Origin: an uncultured Chloroflexia bacterium
GTDB taxonomy: Bacteria; Chloroflexota; Dehalococcoidia; DSTF01; JALHUB01
DNA length: 64,000 bases
Assembly (NCBI GenBank): GCA_963726245.1
Contig: CAVSBT010000038.1
Span: 32,001-96,000, forward strand
Reading direction: 5' to 3'
In this document: one piece after another, positions 36,079 to 46,134 of the stretch
How positions within the stretch are numbered: the first letter of the stretch is position 1
How the letters are laid out: each line of letters starts with the position of its first letter
Position numbers and translations under genes: made by a program
The notes under the pieces: generated by a model
What the model saw: only the letters and a program-made list of their open reading frames with translations
Told to the model about the DNA's origin: nothing
Databases searched by the model: none

Positions 36079-36624
36079 CTAGCCAGGAAGATACTGAGCG
36101 ACGGGCGGCTCCACGTCGACCTGCAACGCCAGCAGCAGCCGCGCCACCATGCCCCAGTAGCCGGCCACGAGCGTCAGCTCAACCACCTCGGCCTCGCTGA
36201 ATTGCCCGCGGGCTTCGGCGAACACCTCATCGGATACCGCCAGCGACGCTACGCTCTCCACGTAGCGAAGGGCGGCGCGTTCTCGCTCGTCGAAGTGCGG
36301 GGACGTGGGCCAGCTCTTCAAGGCGGCGATCTGCTCCTCGCTGACGCCCGCCTCGCGGGCGATGGGGACGTGGTGGGCCCACTCGTAGCCGGCCCCCGTC
36401 ATCTGGGCGACGCGCAGGATCGCCAGCTCGCGCAGGGCCGGCGGAAGCAGCCCGTACATGAGCAGCGAGTTGCCCAGGCGCAGGAAGTTCCGGATCACGT
36501 TCGGGTCGTTGGCCAGGGTGCGGTGGAGGTTCAGGACCTCTGAACCCCTCGCCTCCATTCCGGCCAACACCTCACGGGCGTCTCCCTGCGCCTTCGCCGT
36601 CGTGACGTAGCCTACGCGCGCCAT
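36079..36624 (-). CDS. Carboxymuconolactone decarboxylase/AhpD-like family protein
   Basis: LRELAILRVA....YEWAHH signature. Confidence 0.88.
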   Translation of the reverse strand: MARVGYVTTAKAQGDAREVLAGMEARGSEVLNLHRTLANDPNVIRNFLRLGNSLLMYGLLPPALRELAILRVAQMTGAGYEWAHHVPIAREAGVSEEQIAALKSWPTSPHFDERERAALRYVESVASLAVSDEVFAEARGQFSEAEVVELTLVAGYWGMVARLLLALQVDVEPPVAQYLPG

Positions 36625-36681
36625 CGTGTCCTCCTTGTCTCATTCATGGGGTTTGTTGAGAAACGGCCTTCCGGCAGACCC

Positions 36682-36742
36682 GTCATTCTGAGCGCAGCGA
36701 AGAATCTGATTCGGCGAGACCCTTCGCTTCGCTCAGGGTGAC
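36682..36742. repeat. REP-like inverted element (GTCATTCTGAGC..GCGAAGAATCT type)
   Basis: gtcattctgagcgcagcgaagaatct...agacccttcgcttcgctcagggtgac hairpin pair. Confidence 0.7.
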
Positions 36743-36884
36743 AAGACAGAGGGTTCGGCGACAGACCCGTCTAGCCTTGTCCGGACGGAGCGAAATGGGC
36801 GTTCGGTTGCTTGGCTTCATCCCTGAGGGTTGAAACCCTCAGCTTCGGCGAAGCTGCGCATTTCAATGCGCAGGGCGGGTTGGC

Positions 36885-38538
36885 TCACTCCGGCAGCCGC
36901 AGCACGGCGCCGGTGCTCGCTGAGGTCACCAGGGCCGAGTACCGCTTCAAATACGACGCGACCTCCCGCTTCAGGGGAGGCGCCGACCACCGCGCCAGCC
37001 GCCTGTCGATCTCCGCCTGCGGCAGATCGACGTTGAGCGTCCGCTGCGGGATGTCGATCTCGATCATGTCGCCCTCCGCCACGATGGCCAGCGGCCCGCC
37101 CTCCATAGCCTCCGGCGAGATGTGGCCGATGGCGGCACCCTTCGTCGCGCCCGGAGAAGCGGCCGTCGGTGATGAGCGCCACCTCCCCATCCAGTTGCCT
37201 GGCGGCGATCGCCATGGTGGCGATGAACATCTCCCGCATGCCGGGCCCGCCCCTGGGCCCTTCGTAGCGAATGACCACCACGTCACCGCTCTTGATGGCG
37301 CCGCCGAAGATGGCCTGCACGGCCTCCTCCTCGATGTCGAAGACGCGGGCCGGGCCGCGATGCCTCAGCATCTCAGGCAGCACCGCCGACTGCTTGACCA
37401 CCGCGCCCTCCGGCGCCAGGTTGCCGTAGAGGATGGCCAGCCCGCCCTCGGCGTCGTAGGGGTTGGCGATCTCCCTAATCACGTCGCGTCTCTTGATGCG
37501 GGCGGCCTCGACCAACTGGCCCGCGGTCTGGCCGCTTAGCGTCATGGCGTCCAGGTGTATGAGGCCCTTCGAGGCGAGCTCCTTCATGACGGCCTGGATC
37601 CCGCCGGCCTGGTAGAGGTCCTCCTCGTGGTGGCGGCCCCCGGGGCTGAGATCGCACAGGCGCGGCGTGCGCCTCCCGATGCGGTCGAAGGTGTCGAGGT
37701 CGAGGTCCACTCCGGCCTCGGCGGCGATGGCCATGAGATGGAGGATGGTGTTCGAGGAGCCGCCGATCGCCATGTCCACGGTGATGGCGTTCTCGAAGGC
37801 TTCCTTGGTCAGGATGCTCCTGGGGGTCGTCTCTTCGTTGAATAGGTCCATCACCCTGATGCCCGTGTGCCTGGCCAGCTCCCGCCTCTTGCCGTAGACG
37901 GCGGGGATGGTGCCGTTGCCGGGCAGGGCGAGCCCCAGGGCCTCGGCCATGCAGTTCATGCTGTTGGCGGTGAAGAGGCCGGCGCAGGCGCCGCAGGTGG
38001 GCGCGGCCGCCTCGATGAAGTCCTCGCGGTCCTCCTCCGATACCTCTCCCCGCTGCACCATGCCGACCAGGTCGCCGAGGCTGCTCACGTCGATGGCCTG
38101 GCCCTGGAAGCAGCCCGCCAGCATGGGACCGCCGCTGATGAGAATCGCGGGGACGTTCAGCCGGGCCATCGCCATCATCATGCCAGGGGTGATCTTGTCG
38201 CAGTTGGTGACCAGCACCATGGCGTCGAGGGCGTGCGCCAGCATCATCGCCTCGATGGAATCGGCGATGAGCTCCCGGCTGGCCAGCGGGTAGCACATGC
38301 CGGCGTGACCCATGGCGAGGCCGTCGCAGATGGCGATGCTGGGGAACTCGAATGGGGTCCCGCCGGCGGCGATGATCCCCTCCCTGGCGGCGGCGGCGAT
38401 CTCGTTCAGGTGGATGTGGCCCGCGACGAGCTCATTCTGGGAGTTGACCACGCCCACCAGGGGCCTGGCCATCTCCTCCCGCGTCCTGCCCATGCCCAGG
38501 AAGAAGGACATGCGGCTCTTCACGACGTCGCTACGCAT
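36885..38538 (-). CDS. ilvD: Dihydroxy-acid dehydratase (frameshift near 37150)
   Basis: ICDGLAMGH, NCDKITPG, CGACAGLFTANSMN, YEGPRGGPGMREM and TDGRFSG, then GHISPEA in the second frame. Confidence 0.95.
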
Positions 38539-41071
38539 CGTGCTTGCCTCCTTTCGAGGGGCGGCCCGGCCGGCTGCCGTGAGGGAAGCTCTCAGAGGGG
38601 GCAGAGGGAGGCTTCCTCTGCCTCGGCTTGGCGCTGTCCTTCCTGGCTCCTTCAGGGCCTGCCTCGGGGATCTCCTTCAGGTACTCCGCGAAGTCGCGGA
38701 GGCGCCGGTCGACGCGATAACCCACGCTGCCTTCCGGGAACTGGCCATTGGGGCCGCGCTTCCCCGCCGGCACGCCGGTGAGAATCTCGATGCCCTCATC
38801 GATGGTTCCGGCCGGCCAGACGTGGAACCTCTTCGCTTTCACGGCCTTCACCACGTCCTCGCGTAGCATGAGGGTTTGAACGTTGCTTCGGGGGATAATG
38901 ACGCCTTGTTTGCCGGTCAGCCCCTTCGCCTGGCACACGTCGAAGAAGCCCTCGATCTTCTGGTTTACGCCGCCGACGGCCTGGAGCTCGCCGGGCTGGT
39001 TCACCGAGCCCGTTACGGCGATTCCCTGCTTGACCGGCAGGCCCGACAGCGCCGAGAGCAGGGCGAAGAGCTCCGCCGACGAAGCGCTATCGCCCTCGAT
39101 CCCCTCGTAGTTCTGCTCGAAGACGAGCCGCGCGGCTAGCGTCAGCGGCTTGTTCTGCGCGTACTCCTGGGCAAGGTAGCCGCCCAAGATGAGGATGCCT
39201 TTGCTGTGGAGTGGCCCGCCCAGCTCGACCTCCCGCTCGATGTCGAGCACGCCCTCTCGGCCCGGCCCGACGCTGGCCGTGATCCGGCTGGGCTTGCCGA
39301 AGAGGTAGTCGCCCAGGCTGAGCACCGAGAGCCCGTTCACCTGTCCCACCGCCTGGCCGGCCGTGTCGATGAGCAGCGTCCCGCGCGCGATCATCTCCTG
39401 GATGCGCTCCTGGATGAGATTCGAGCGGTGGACTTTCTCATCGAGGGCCTTGCGCACGTGCGCCGCGCTGACGTGGGAGGCGCCCTGCTGAAGCGCCCAG
39501 AAGTGGGCCTCGCGGATGACGTCGGCCAGGGCGCCGAAATGAGTCGACAGCTTCTCCTGGTCCTCCGCCAGGCGCGAGGCGTGCTCCAGCAGCTTCGCCA
39601 CCGCGCTGGCGTCCAGGTGCTTGAGCTTCTCCTTGTGGCAAAAGGTGGACAAGACGGCCAGGAAGTCCTGGACGTTCTCCCCGTCGCGCGCCATGCTCGT
39701 ATCGAAGTCCGCCTTCACCTTGAAGAGCTCCGAGAACTCATCGTCGGCGCCGTGCAGGAGGTAGTAGAGCATCGGGCTGCCGATAAGGACAACCTTCACG
39801 TCGAGCGGGATCGGTTGCGGGCGCACGCTCTTTGTGGCCATGAACCCGAAGCGCTCCCCCGGCTCCTCGATCTCTATCAGCCGGCTGCGCAGCGCCCTCT
39901 TCAGTCCGTCCCAGCTAAACGGATTCCGCAGGACGTCCTCGACGCGCAGCACGAGATAGCCGCCGTTGGCCTGGTGGAGCGAGCCGGCCTTGATCATCGT
40001 GAAGTCCGTGTAGAGGGCCCCGAAGTGAGCCTCCTTCTCGACCCGTCCGAAGAGGTTGCCGTAGCTCGGGTTGAGCTCCACGACCACGGGCGCGCCCTCC
40101 GCCTTGCTGTTGTCCACGAGCACGTTCACCTGGTACTTCCTGAAAGGCAGCTCCGGCGACGAGGGGACCGGCGTGGGCGTGGAGGCGTCCTGAGGCGCAG
40201 GCGCCGCGGACGGGTGAGGCGACGGGCTGCCCTTGAACGCCTCGATGTTCTCGAAGATGTCTCTCTGAGCGGCCTTGAGATACTCTGCGACCTGAGGCAG
40301 GTCACGATACTTCTCGCTGAGGTCATCGAACAGGCCGCCGACGACGTAGAGCGCGACCTGCTTGTCGAGCTCCTCGAGCTTTCCTTTCACGACGCGTTCC
40401 AGCTCCCTGACCTGCTTCATGGTGGCCTTCAGCTCTTCCTCCAGCGTGTCGCGGCGCTTCTGGAGGTCCTTGCGCGCCGGAGCGGGCAGAGCCTGGAACT
40501 CCGTATCGCTGAGGGGCCGGCCCTCCACTATGGCGACAATCATGACGCCGAAGGGCGACGCCTGGAGCGCGAAGCCTGCTTCAGCCGCCCGTTCGCTGAG
40601 CCGCTCCTGCATCTGAGACCTTTGCGTCTCCAGCGTCTTGACGATCTCGTCCCGCTTGCTGCTGTACTCCTCGCTCTCGAAGGCCTTTGGGATCTCGCGG
40701 CGGGCGTGATCGATAAGGCCCTTCGTCTCTTGCTGGAGCTGATGCCCGCGTTTAGCGGGCAATCGACACACGCTGGGCACATATGGGTCGTCGAAGCTGT
40801 TTACATAACACCAGTCGGCGGGGGTCTCTTTGCGGCGGGCCAGCTCCTCGAGGAAGGCATGGACGGCGGTCATCTTGCCGATACCGGATGGCCCGGCGAC
40901 GTAGATGTTGAAGCCGGCCTCCTGGATGCCCAGCCCAAACTGAAGGGCGGAGACCGCCCGCTTCTGTCCGATGATGGCTTGAGAGGGCTTGACGTGTTCT
41001 GTGGTCCGGATGCCGAGGGCCTTGGGGTCAAACGTTCGTCGCAGTTGCTCCGCGGGCAACTCGTCGGTCAT
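38531..41071 (-). CDS. LonC-type (AAA_32 + Lon_C) protease
   Basis: IGQKRA, Walker A GPSGIGKMT, coiled-coil insertion, GSLHQANGG, Ser-Lys dyad GDSASS...GGVNQKIEG. Confidence 0.92.
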   Translation of the reverse strand: MTDELPAEQLRRTFDPKALGIRTTEHVKPSQAIIGQKRAVSALQFGLGIQEAGFNIYVAGPSGIGKMTAVHAFLEELARRKETPADWCYVNSFDDPYVPSVCRLPAKRGHQLQQETKGLIDHARREIPKAFESEEYSSKRDEIVKTLETQRSQMQERLSERAAEAGFALQASPFGVMIVAIVEGRPLSDTEFQALPAPARKDLQKRRDTLEEELKATMKQVRELERVVKGKLEELDKQVALYVVGGLFDDLSEKYRDLPQVAEYLKAAQRDIFENIEAFKGSPSPHPSAAPAPQDASTPTPVPSSPELPFRKYQVNVLVDNSKAEGAPVVVELNPSYGNLFGRVEKEAHFGALYTDFTMIKAGSLHQANGGYLVLRVEDVLRNPFSWDGLKRALRSRLIEIEEPGERFGFMATKSVRPQPIPLDVKVVLIGSPMLYYLLHGADDEFSELFKVKADFDTSMARDGENVQDFLAVLSTFCHKEKLKHLDASAVAKLLEHASRLAEDQEKLSTHFGALADVIREAHFWALQQGASHVSAAHVRKALDEKVHRSNLIQERIQEMIARGTLLIDTAGQAVGQVNGLSVLSLGDYLFGKPSRITASVGPGREGVLDIEREVELGGPLHSKGILILGGYLAQEYAQNKPLTLAARLVFEQNYEGIEGDSASSAELFALLSALSGLPVKQGIAVTGSVNQPGELQAVGGVNQKIEGFFDVCQAKGLTGKQGVIIPRSNVQTLMLREDVVKAVKAKRFHVWPAGTIDEGIEILTGVPAGKRGPNGQFPEGSVGYRVDRRLRDFAEYLKEIPEAGPEGARKDSAKPRQRKPPSAPSESFPHGSRPGRPSKGGKHDA

Positions 41072-41209
41072 GCTGGTGAATCCTCTCTTTCTGAGCCTTG
41101 CACAATGTTCGGCTTCCGGCAACGGCCAGTCAAGCTCGAACGCCGCTGGGCGCGCGTTTGAGGCTCTTTGTGCTGATTCATGCAGCGTCGAGGTCGTGGG
41201 CAAGGGTGG

Positions 41210-41234
41210 TCAGGCCCTAGCGGCAGGTCGATAA
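41210..41234 (+). promoter_or_regulatory. Possible sigma-28-type promoter
   Basis: TCAG-N13-GTCGATAA ending 19 bp before the ATG of the GGDEF-like gene. Confidence 0.4.
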
Positions 41235-41253
41235 TCACGCTGAGGCGTGCGAG

Positions 41254-41940
41254 ATGCAAAACCCAGAGGCCCCCTCACCTATCCTGCCGAGGCTGACCGG
41301 CGTTCTTACGTTTGTCACAGCGGCCGTCGCTACCGTGCTGTTCGTGGCGGTTGACAACCGCACATACGGCGCCACCGGTCTGGCCCTGTTTGCGTGCCTC
41401 GCCGGCGTATTCTTCATACTGGAGCTGCGCTTCGCTCGTGACCTTGGTCGCTACCAGGCACTGACCAGCGTTAGCGGGCTCGTGGGGCCAGCGGAGCAGT
41501 TTTTTGGATCGCTGGTGGATCCCGAGACGATGTTGCCCCGCTTCTGGCTGTTCTCAGCCCGACTGACGGAGGAGATCCAGCGGGCGGAGAGGCACAAGCG
41601 AACGTTGGCCCTGTGTGCGCTGGAGCCTGATGACCTCACAATCTACCTGGATCAGACATTCCGGTGCAAAGTCGGACCCGCCGTGCATGGCCATCTTCGC
41701 ACGGCTGACTCTGCGACCGTGGACCACTCGGGCAGGCTGCTGGTGCTCTTCGCCGAGACGTCGGGGCCGGAGGGAGAGGTGGCGGCCAGACGGTTGGTGA
41801 CGACGCTTAACTCACTTCTGTTTGAAAACGAACCGCGCCGGTGGCGGGCCGCCATGGTCTTCTACCCCGAGGACGGGACGAACACCGAGGAGCTGCTGAA
41901 GAGGGCGGACGCCCTGCTGGCCAAGAGATACGCGGCCTAG
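41254..41940 (+). CDS. Two-TM membrane protein with a degenerate GGDEF-like domain
   Basis: DPETMLP...LTEEIQRAERH..LAL, LRTAD, HSGRL in place of GGDEF, and YPEDG...ELLKRADALL. Confidence 0.75.
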   Translation: MQNPEAPSPILPRLTGVLTFVTAAVATVLFVAVDNRTYGATGLALFACLAGVFFILELRFARDLGRYQALTSVSGLVGPAEQFFGSLVDPETMLPRFWLFSARLTEEIQRAERHKRTLALCALEPDDLTIYLDQTFRCKVGPAVHGHLRTADSATVDHSGRLLVLFAETSGPEGEVAARRLVTTLNSLLFENEPRRWRAAMVFYPEDGTNTEELLKRADALLAKRYAA

Positions 41941-42031
41941 GTCCCCTCACTGCCCATCGAAATCGAGGTTACCGCTCTTCCGGGTGTAGACGTGGAGGCC
42001 GTCCATCCGGTGGCTGACTCTGTTCAGCCTG

Positions 42032-43954
42032 CTAGACTTTTCGGTCGGCGACCTGGGCCCTCATCTGCTGCCAGGCCTCGTGCGCCTCTCCCACTGAGCC
42101 CTCATCCTCGATGGTGGAGATGTCCCCTGGGTCCTTGCCCAAGACCACGGCCTTCAGGACCCGACGCATGATCTTGCCGCTGCGTGTCTTGGGAAGAACT
42201 TCGACGAAGTTCATATCGCCGATAACCGCCACCGGGCCGAGCTCCTTCCTTACCGTCTGCAGCAGCTCTTGCCTCAGTTGTTCGGACGGCTCGCGCCCCT
42301 GCTTGAGAACCACGAAGGCTGAGATGACCTCGCCCCGGAGCTCATCCGGCCGTCCGGTGACGCCGACCTCGGCCACGGCCGGGTGCTGAAGGAAGGCGGT
42401 CTCCACCTCGATCGTGCCGATGCGATGGGCGGCTATCTTGATCACCTCGTCGGCGCGGCCGCTGAACCAGACATAGCCATCCCCGTCAATCGAGGCGGCG
42501 TCGCCGGTGGAGCAGACGCTGGTGTTGGGGATGCGCTGCCAGTAGTCGGGCCCGTAGCGCTCCGGCTCGCCCCACAGCGTTGGCGTTAGGCCGGGGAACG
42601 GTCGCTTGATGACGAACAAGCCTTTTTCGTCGGGCCCGCACAACTGCCCTTCTGGCGTCATGACGGCCGCCTCGATGCCCGGCAGAGGGATGCCCGCAGC
42701 GCCAGGCTTGATCGGCAGAAGCCCAAGCCCGTAGGGATTCCCGACCACCGGGCCACCCGTCTCCGTGGTCCACATGTGGTCGACGACGGGTATCCGGTCT
42801 TCGAAGACCTCCTTTTGCAGCCACTCCCAGACGGGCGCGTTCAGCACCTCGCCGGCGCAGACCGTGCGCTCCACCGAGCTCAGATCGAAGCGGCGAGCAA
42901 CGTCCGCCCCGTAGCGCATCATGAGCCGCACCAGCGTGGGCGACGTGAAGATGCCGCTGATCCGGTTCTGTTCGATGATGCGGTAGAAGGTCTCCGGACC
43001 TGGGTGGTCGGGAGCCCCCTCGTAGGCGATGGTTGTGCAGCCGAAGAGCAGCGGCGCGTAGACAATATAGCTGTGCCCGACAATCCAGCCTATGTCCGAC
43101 GTAGCCCACCAGATGTCGCTCGGCTTGAGGCCAAAGACCCAGTCTCCCATGCTCCGGATGTGCACCTGGTAGCCGCCGTGGGTGTGCACAGCCAGCTTGG
43201 GCTTGGCTGTCGTCCCTGAGGTTGGCAGGATAAAGGCAGGCTCATTGGCCTCCATGGCCACGTAGCCGGTATCCTGGTCCCCGGCCAGGGCAAGGAAGTC
43301 CTCCCACCACATGTCCCGTCCTGCCTGCATCGGCGCCTCGGCGCTCGTGCGGCGCAGGATAACCACGCGCTCGACGGTCTCGCTGGCGCCCTCTTTGAGA
43401 GAGGCGTCGACGATCTCTTTGAGCGGCGTCTCGCGCCCCTTGCGCCACGTGGCATCGGCCGCAAAGAGCAGCCGGGCTCCCGTGCGCACGACCCGGTCGG
43501 CGAGCGCGTTGGCCCCAAAACCAGCAAAGATGGCCACATGGATCGCGCCGATGCGGACGCTGGCGAGCATTATTGTGAGCGCCTCGGGGCAGGTGGGCAT
43601 GTAGATGGCGATGCGATCGCCCTTCTTGATGCCCAGGGCGCGCAGGGCCGCACTGGCCCGCTTGACCTCGTGAAGCAGTCGAGCATAGGTGTAGACCCGC
43701 CACTCGCCCCGCTCGTCTTCGAAGATGAGCGCCGCCTGTCCGCCTCGTCCGCGCTCCACGTGATAGTCGAGGCAGTTGTAGCACAGGTTGGTCTGGGCGC
43801 CGATGAACCACCGAAAGGTCGGCGGCGTCCACTCAAACACGCGGTCCCACTTCCGGAACCACGGGAGCTCCTCTGCCGCCCGAGCCCAGAACCCTTCTGG
43901 GTCCTCGGTCGCCTCACGCGTGAACCGACGGATGGCTGGGTTGATCACTTCCAC
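42032..43954 (-). CDS. acs: Acetate/propionate--CoA ligase (AMP-forming)
   Basis: TSGTTAKPK, DIGWIVGHSY, WTTETGG, GRADEVIK and PKTRSGKIMRR. Confidence 0.93.
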   Translation of the reverse strand: MEVINPAIRRFTREATEDPEGFWARAAEELPWFRKWDRVFEWTPPTFRWFIGAQTNLCYNCLDYHVERGRGGQAALIFEDERGEWRVYTYARLLHEVKRASAALRALGIKKGDRIAIYMPTCPEALTIMLASVRIGAIHVAIFAGFGANALADRVVRTGARLLFAADATWRKGRETPLKEIVDASLKEGASETVERVVILRRTSAEAPMQAGRDMWWEDFLALAGDQDTGYVAMEANEPAFILPTSGTTAKPKLAVHTHGGYQVHIRSMGDWVFGLKPSDIWWATSDIGWIVGHSYIVYAPLLFGCTTIAYEGAPDHPGPETFYRIIEQNRISGIFTSPTLVRLMMRYGADVARRFDLSSVERTVCAGEVLNAPVWEWLQKEVFEDRIPVVDHMWTTETGGPVVGNPYGLGLLPIKPGAAGIPLPGIEAAVMTPEGQLCGPDEKGLFVIKRPFPGLTPTLWGEPERYGPDYWQRIPNTSVCSTGDAASIDGDGYVWFSGRADEVIKIAAHRIGTIEVETAFLQHPAVAEVGVTGRPDELRGEVISAFVVLKQGREPSEQLRQELLQTVRKELGPVAVIGDMNFVEVLPKTRSGKIMRRVLKAVVLGKDPGDISTIEDEGSVGEAHEAWQQMRAQVADRKV

Positions 43955-44240
43955 GGCATGTACCTCCGGCTAGTCAGCACGTACTCTCCTGCGTTTGCCC
44001 GACCCCAACAGCATCTTCGTTCTGAAGGGCGTTCACTACCAGTCGGGGGGGCCTGGCTATTCTGCTGGCATCTTCCTGCATTATCGCCCCTGCCACGAAC
44101 TGGTCAACAGCCATCTATCTGGGGAACAACGCCCCTGCCAGGCCGCGTTCGACGGCTTGGAGCTTGGGCCCGCGAAACCGCCACCTGTCAGCTCCCGCAA
44201 GCCCTTCTAACTATGGGGCCGTTTTCCTGCAGCCGTAGCC

Positions 44241-44268
44241 TTGACGTCGTCTGTTCTGTAGCTATACT
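44241..44268 (+). promoter_or_regulatory. Sigma70-type promoter of the cytochrome b module
   Basis: TTGACG-N16-TATACT. Confidence 0.6.
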
Positions 44269-44356
44269 GACCGCAGCCTCCATACGCTTGGCGGGGAGGT
44301 GTCGTGTGTCCTTGAGGCAGGTTCCGACCATGCACGTCGACGAAGGAGGTGATGCC

Positions 44357-44512
44357 ATGGAACCGCTACCGCCAGAGCTGCTGCGGACTGTTCCTCACGT
44401 CGTCTTTTGGGTCTTCAACCTCGCTATTCCCAACATTGTCGTGTGGGGACTGCTGATCGTGGGCTTTGTCCTCGCGTGCTGGGCGCGCCTGCCCAAGATA
44501 TTGGAGGGCTGA
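44357..44512 (+). CDS. Small membrane protein (51 aa)
   Basis: AAGGAGGTGA RBS and a hydrophobic helix. First gene of the cytochrome b module. Confidence 0.75.
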   Translation: MEPLPPELLRTVPHVVFWVFNLAIPNIVVWGLLIVGFVLACWARLPKILEG

Positions 44513-44537
44513 TCATGAGCCGGGACGGGGGTGCGCC

Positions 44538-45140
44538 ATGAATCTGACTCGACGAACCCAAAGCCTGCTGACCGACAATCTGTCCCTGGAGGACGCGCTG
44601 CCCACGCAGATGCCGGTGTACGTCAACTCAATCGTGTATCTGTTCGGCGTCACGGCTCTATCAGCCCTGGGATCCCTCGTCGCAACGGGAGTGGTGATGT
44701 GCCTTTTCGGCCCGGGCTGGTACCACGACTCACGGGTGGGTCACTTCGTGAACTCTCTGCATTTCTGGAGTGTCCAGGTTTTCTTCGCTGCGCTGGTCCT
44801 GCACATGGTCAGCAAGTACTTCATGGCTGCCTGGCGAGACGGACGCTGGAAGACGTGGATGGTCGGCGTGCTGGCCCTGGGGGCCGCGATCTTCACAGGC
44901 TTGACCGGCTTCCTATCGCAGACCAACTGGGACTCACAGTGGATCGCCGTGCAGGCCAAGGACGCCATGAACGCCGTGGGCGTGGGCGGCTTCTTCAACA
45001 CGATGAACACCGGACAGATCCTCACCTTGCACATCATCGTCCTGCCCCTGTTGCTCGTGCTGCTGGTTGGGGTCCACCTCCTCTTCATTCGCAGCGAGGG
45101 CCCGGTGAAGCCGCTGGAGAGGTTGGGGCGACATGAGTAA
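44538..45140 (+). CDS. Cytochrome b6-like protein (cytochrome b N-terminal domain)
   Basis: Four TM helices. Heme His pairs LH-x13-H and LH-x14-H (b6 spacing). W..G...TGFL motif. Confidence 0.9.
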   Translation: MNLTRRTQSLLTDNLSLEDALPTQMPVYVNSIVYLFGVTALSALGSLVATGVVMCLFGPGWYHDSRVGHFVNSLHFWSVQVFFAALVLHMVSKYFMAAWRDGRWKTWMVGVLALGAAIFTGLTGFLSQTNWDSQWIAVQAKDAMNAVGVGGFFNTMNTGQILTLHIIVLPLLLVLLVGVHLLFIRSEGPVKPLERLGRHE

Positions 45141-46086
45141 GCGAACTGAAGCCTACTTCCAGAACACCCCCATGAAGCCCTATGACCTTCTGAGGGAAGG
45201 GCTCATCGTTCTCCTGGTGGTGGCGGTCGTTGTTGTCGTGGTGGCCGCGATCCTCAGCTCGCCGGACTACCCAACCGTACGCAGCGAGGACGTTGCCAAT
45301 CGCCAGCCCGTTGCCTTCGTGGAAACCAGCGCCAACATCCTCGCCGGCAACAGCGGCATTCAGGACTACGGGCCGCCGTACACCCCGGACAGGGACAACG
45401 CCCAAAGCCTCTTTGGCATCGCCCCCGCCAACTGGTTCGGGGTTAGGAACCGGATCGATCCTTCCCAAGACTTCGTCATCAAGCCTTTGACCCGGCTGGC
45501 CGTCATCGACGAGGGTGTGGGCACGGCACTTCAAACCTACCAGGCCGCCAGCGACGACGAGCAACAGGCCTGGCTTACCGCCTACATCTCTGCCCTCGAC
45601 GATGCGACTGTGGTGAATGGGGACGTGCAGGTTCCCTCCGGTGATTACGGCCCTGTTCCCACCCTGATGAGCGGCATGCTGGCTCTGGGACGCTCTGGCC
45701 TGCTGGAAGGCGCGCTGGAAAGCGGGGACAGGCTGCCGTTCACCACCGACTTCACCCGATCGCTGCTCTTCTTCCAGGACGACGTGGACGCCGGGGTGGC
45801 AGACACGCTGGACTTGTCGGGCGATCAATGGGGAATCATCAACGAGACCGGCCGCTATCCAGGGGCGTGGTGGCTTGGGCCGTACTCATTCCTTTACCAG
45901 GTGCGCCCCATGTCGTCGTCCGATAACGCCGACCTCCAGGTAGGCGCGATCATGGTTGGCTTCTTCCTTGTGCTGCTCTTGACTCCCTTCATACCCGTCG
46001 TTAACCGGTTGCCCCGCTGGCTGGGTGTCTACAGAGTCATCTGGCGGGACTGGTACGCCCGCGGTGGCGGCAATCGGCCGCGATGA
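45133..46086 (+). CDS. Subunit-IV-like membrane partner of cytochrome b with a large extracytoplasmic insert
   Basis: YDLLRE plus a TM helix, about 200 aa soluble region, PGAWWLGPY, then a TM helix ending PFIP. Overlaps the cyt b stop. Confidence 0.7.
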   Translation: MSKRTEAYFQNTPMKPYDLLREGLIVLLVVAVVVVVVAAILSSPDYPTVRSEDVANRQPVAFVETSANILAGNSGIQDYGPPYTPDRDNAQSLFGIAPANWFGVRNRIDPSQDFVIKPLTRLAVIDEGVGTALQTYQAASDDEQQAWLTAYISALDDATVVNGDVQVPSGDYGPVPTLMSGMLALGRSGLLEGALESGDRLPFTTDFTRSLLFFQDDVDAGVADTLDLSGDQWGIINETGRYPGAWWLGPYSFLYQVRPMSSSDNADLQVGAIMVGFFLVLLLTPFIPVVNRLPRWLGVYRVIWRDWYARGGGNRPR

Positions 46087-46134
46087 AGGAGCTAGGCAGG
46101 ATCGAATAGGATTCTGGAGGGCCGCGGGAAAGGC

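Noticed and set aside
36648-36768. MITE/IS ends flanking the REP (gggtttgttgagaaac ... ggttcggcgacagaccc)
   Set aside because: The inverted repeats are too degenerate, and there is no target duplication or transposase.
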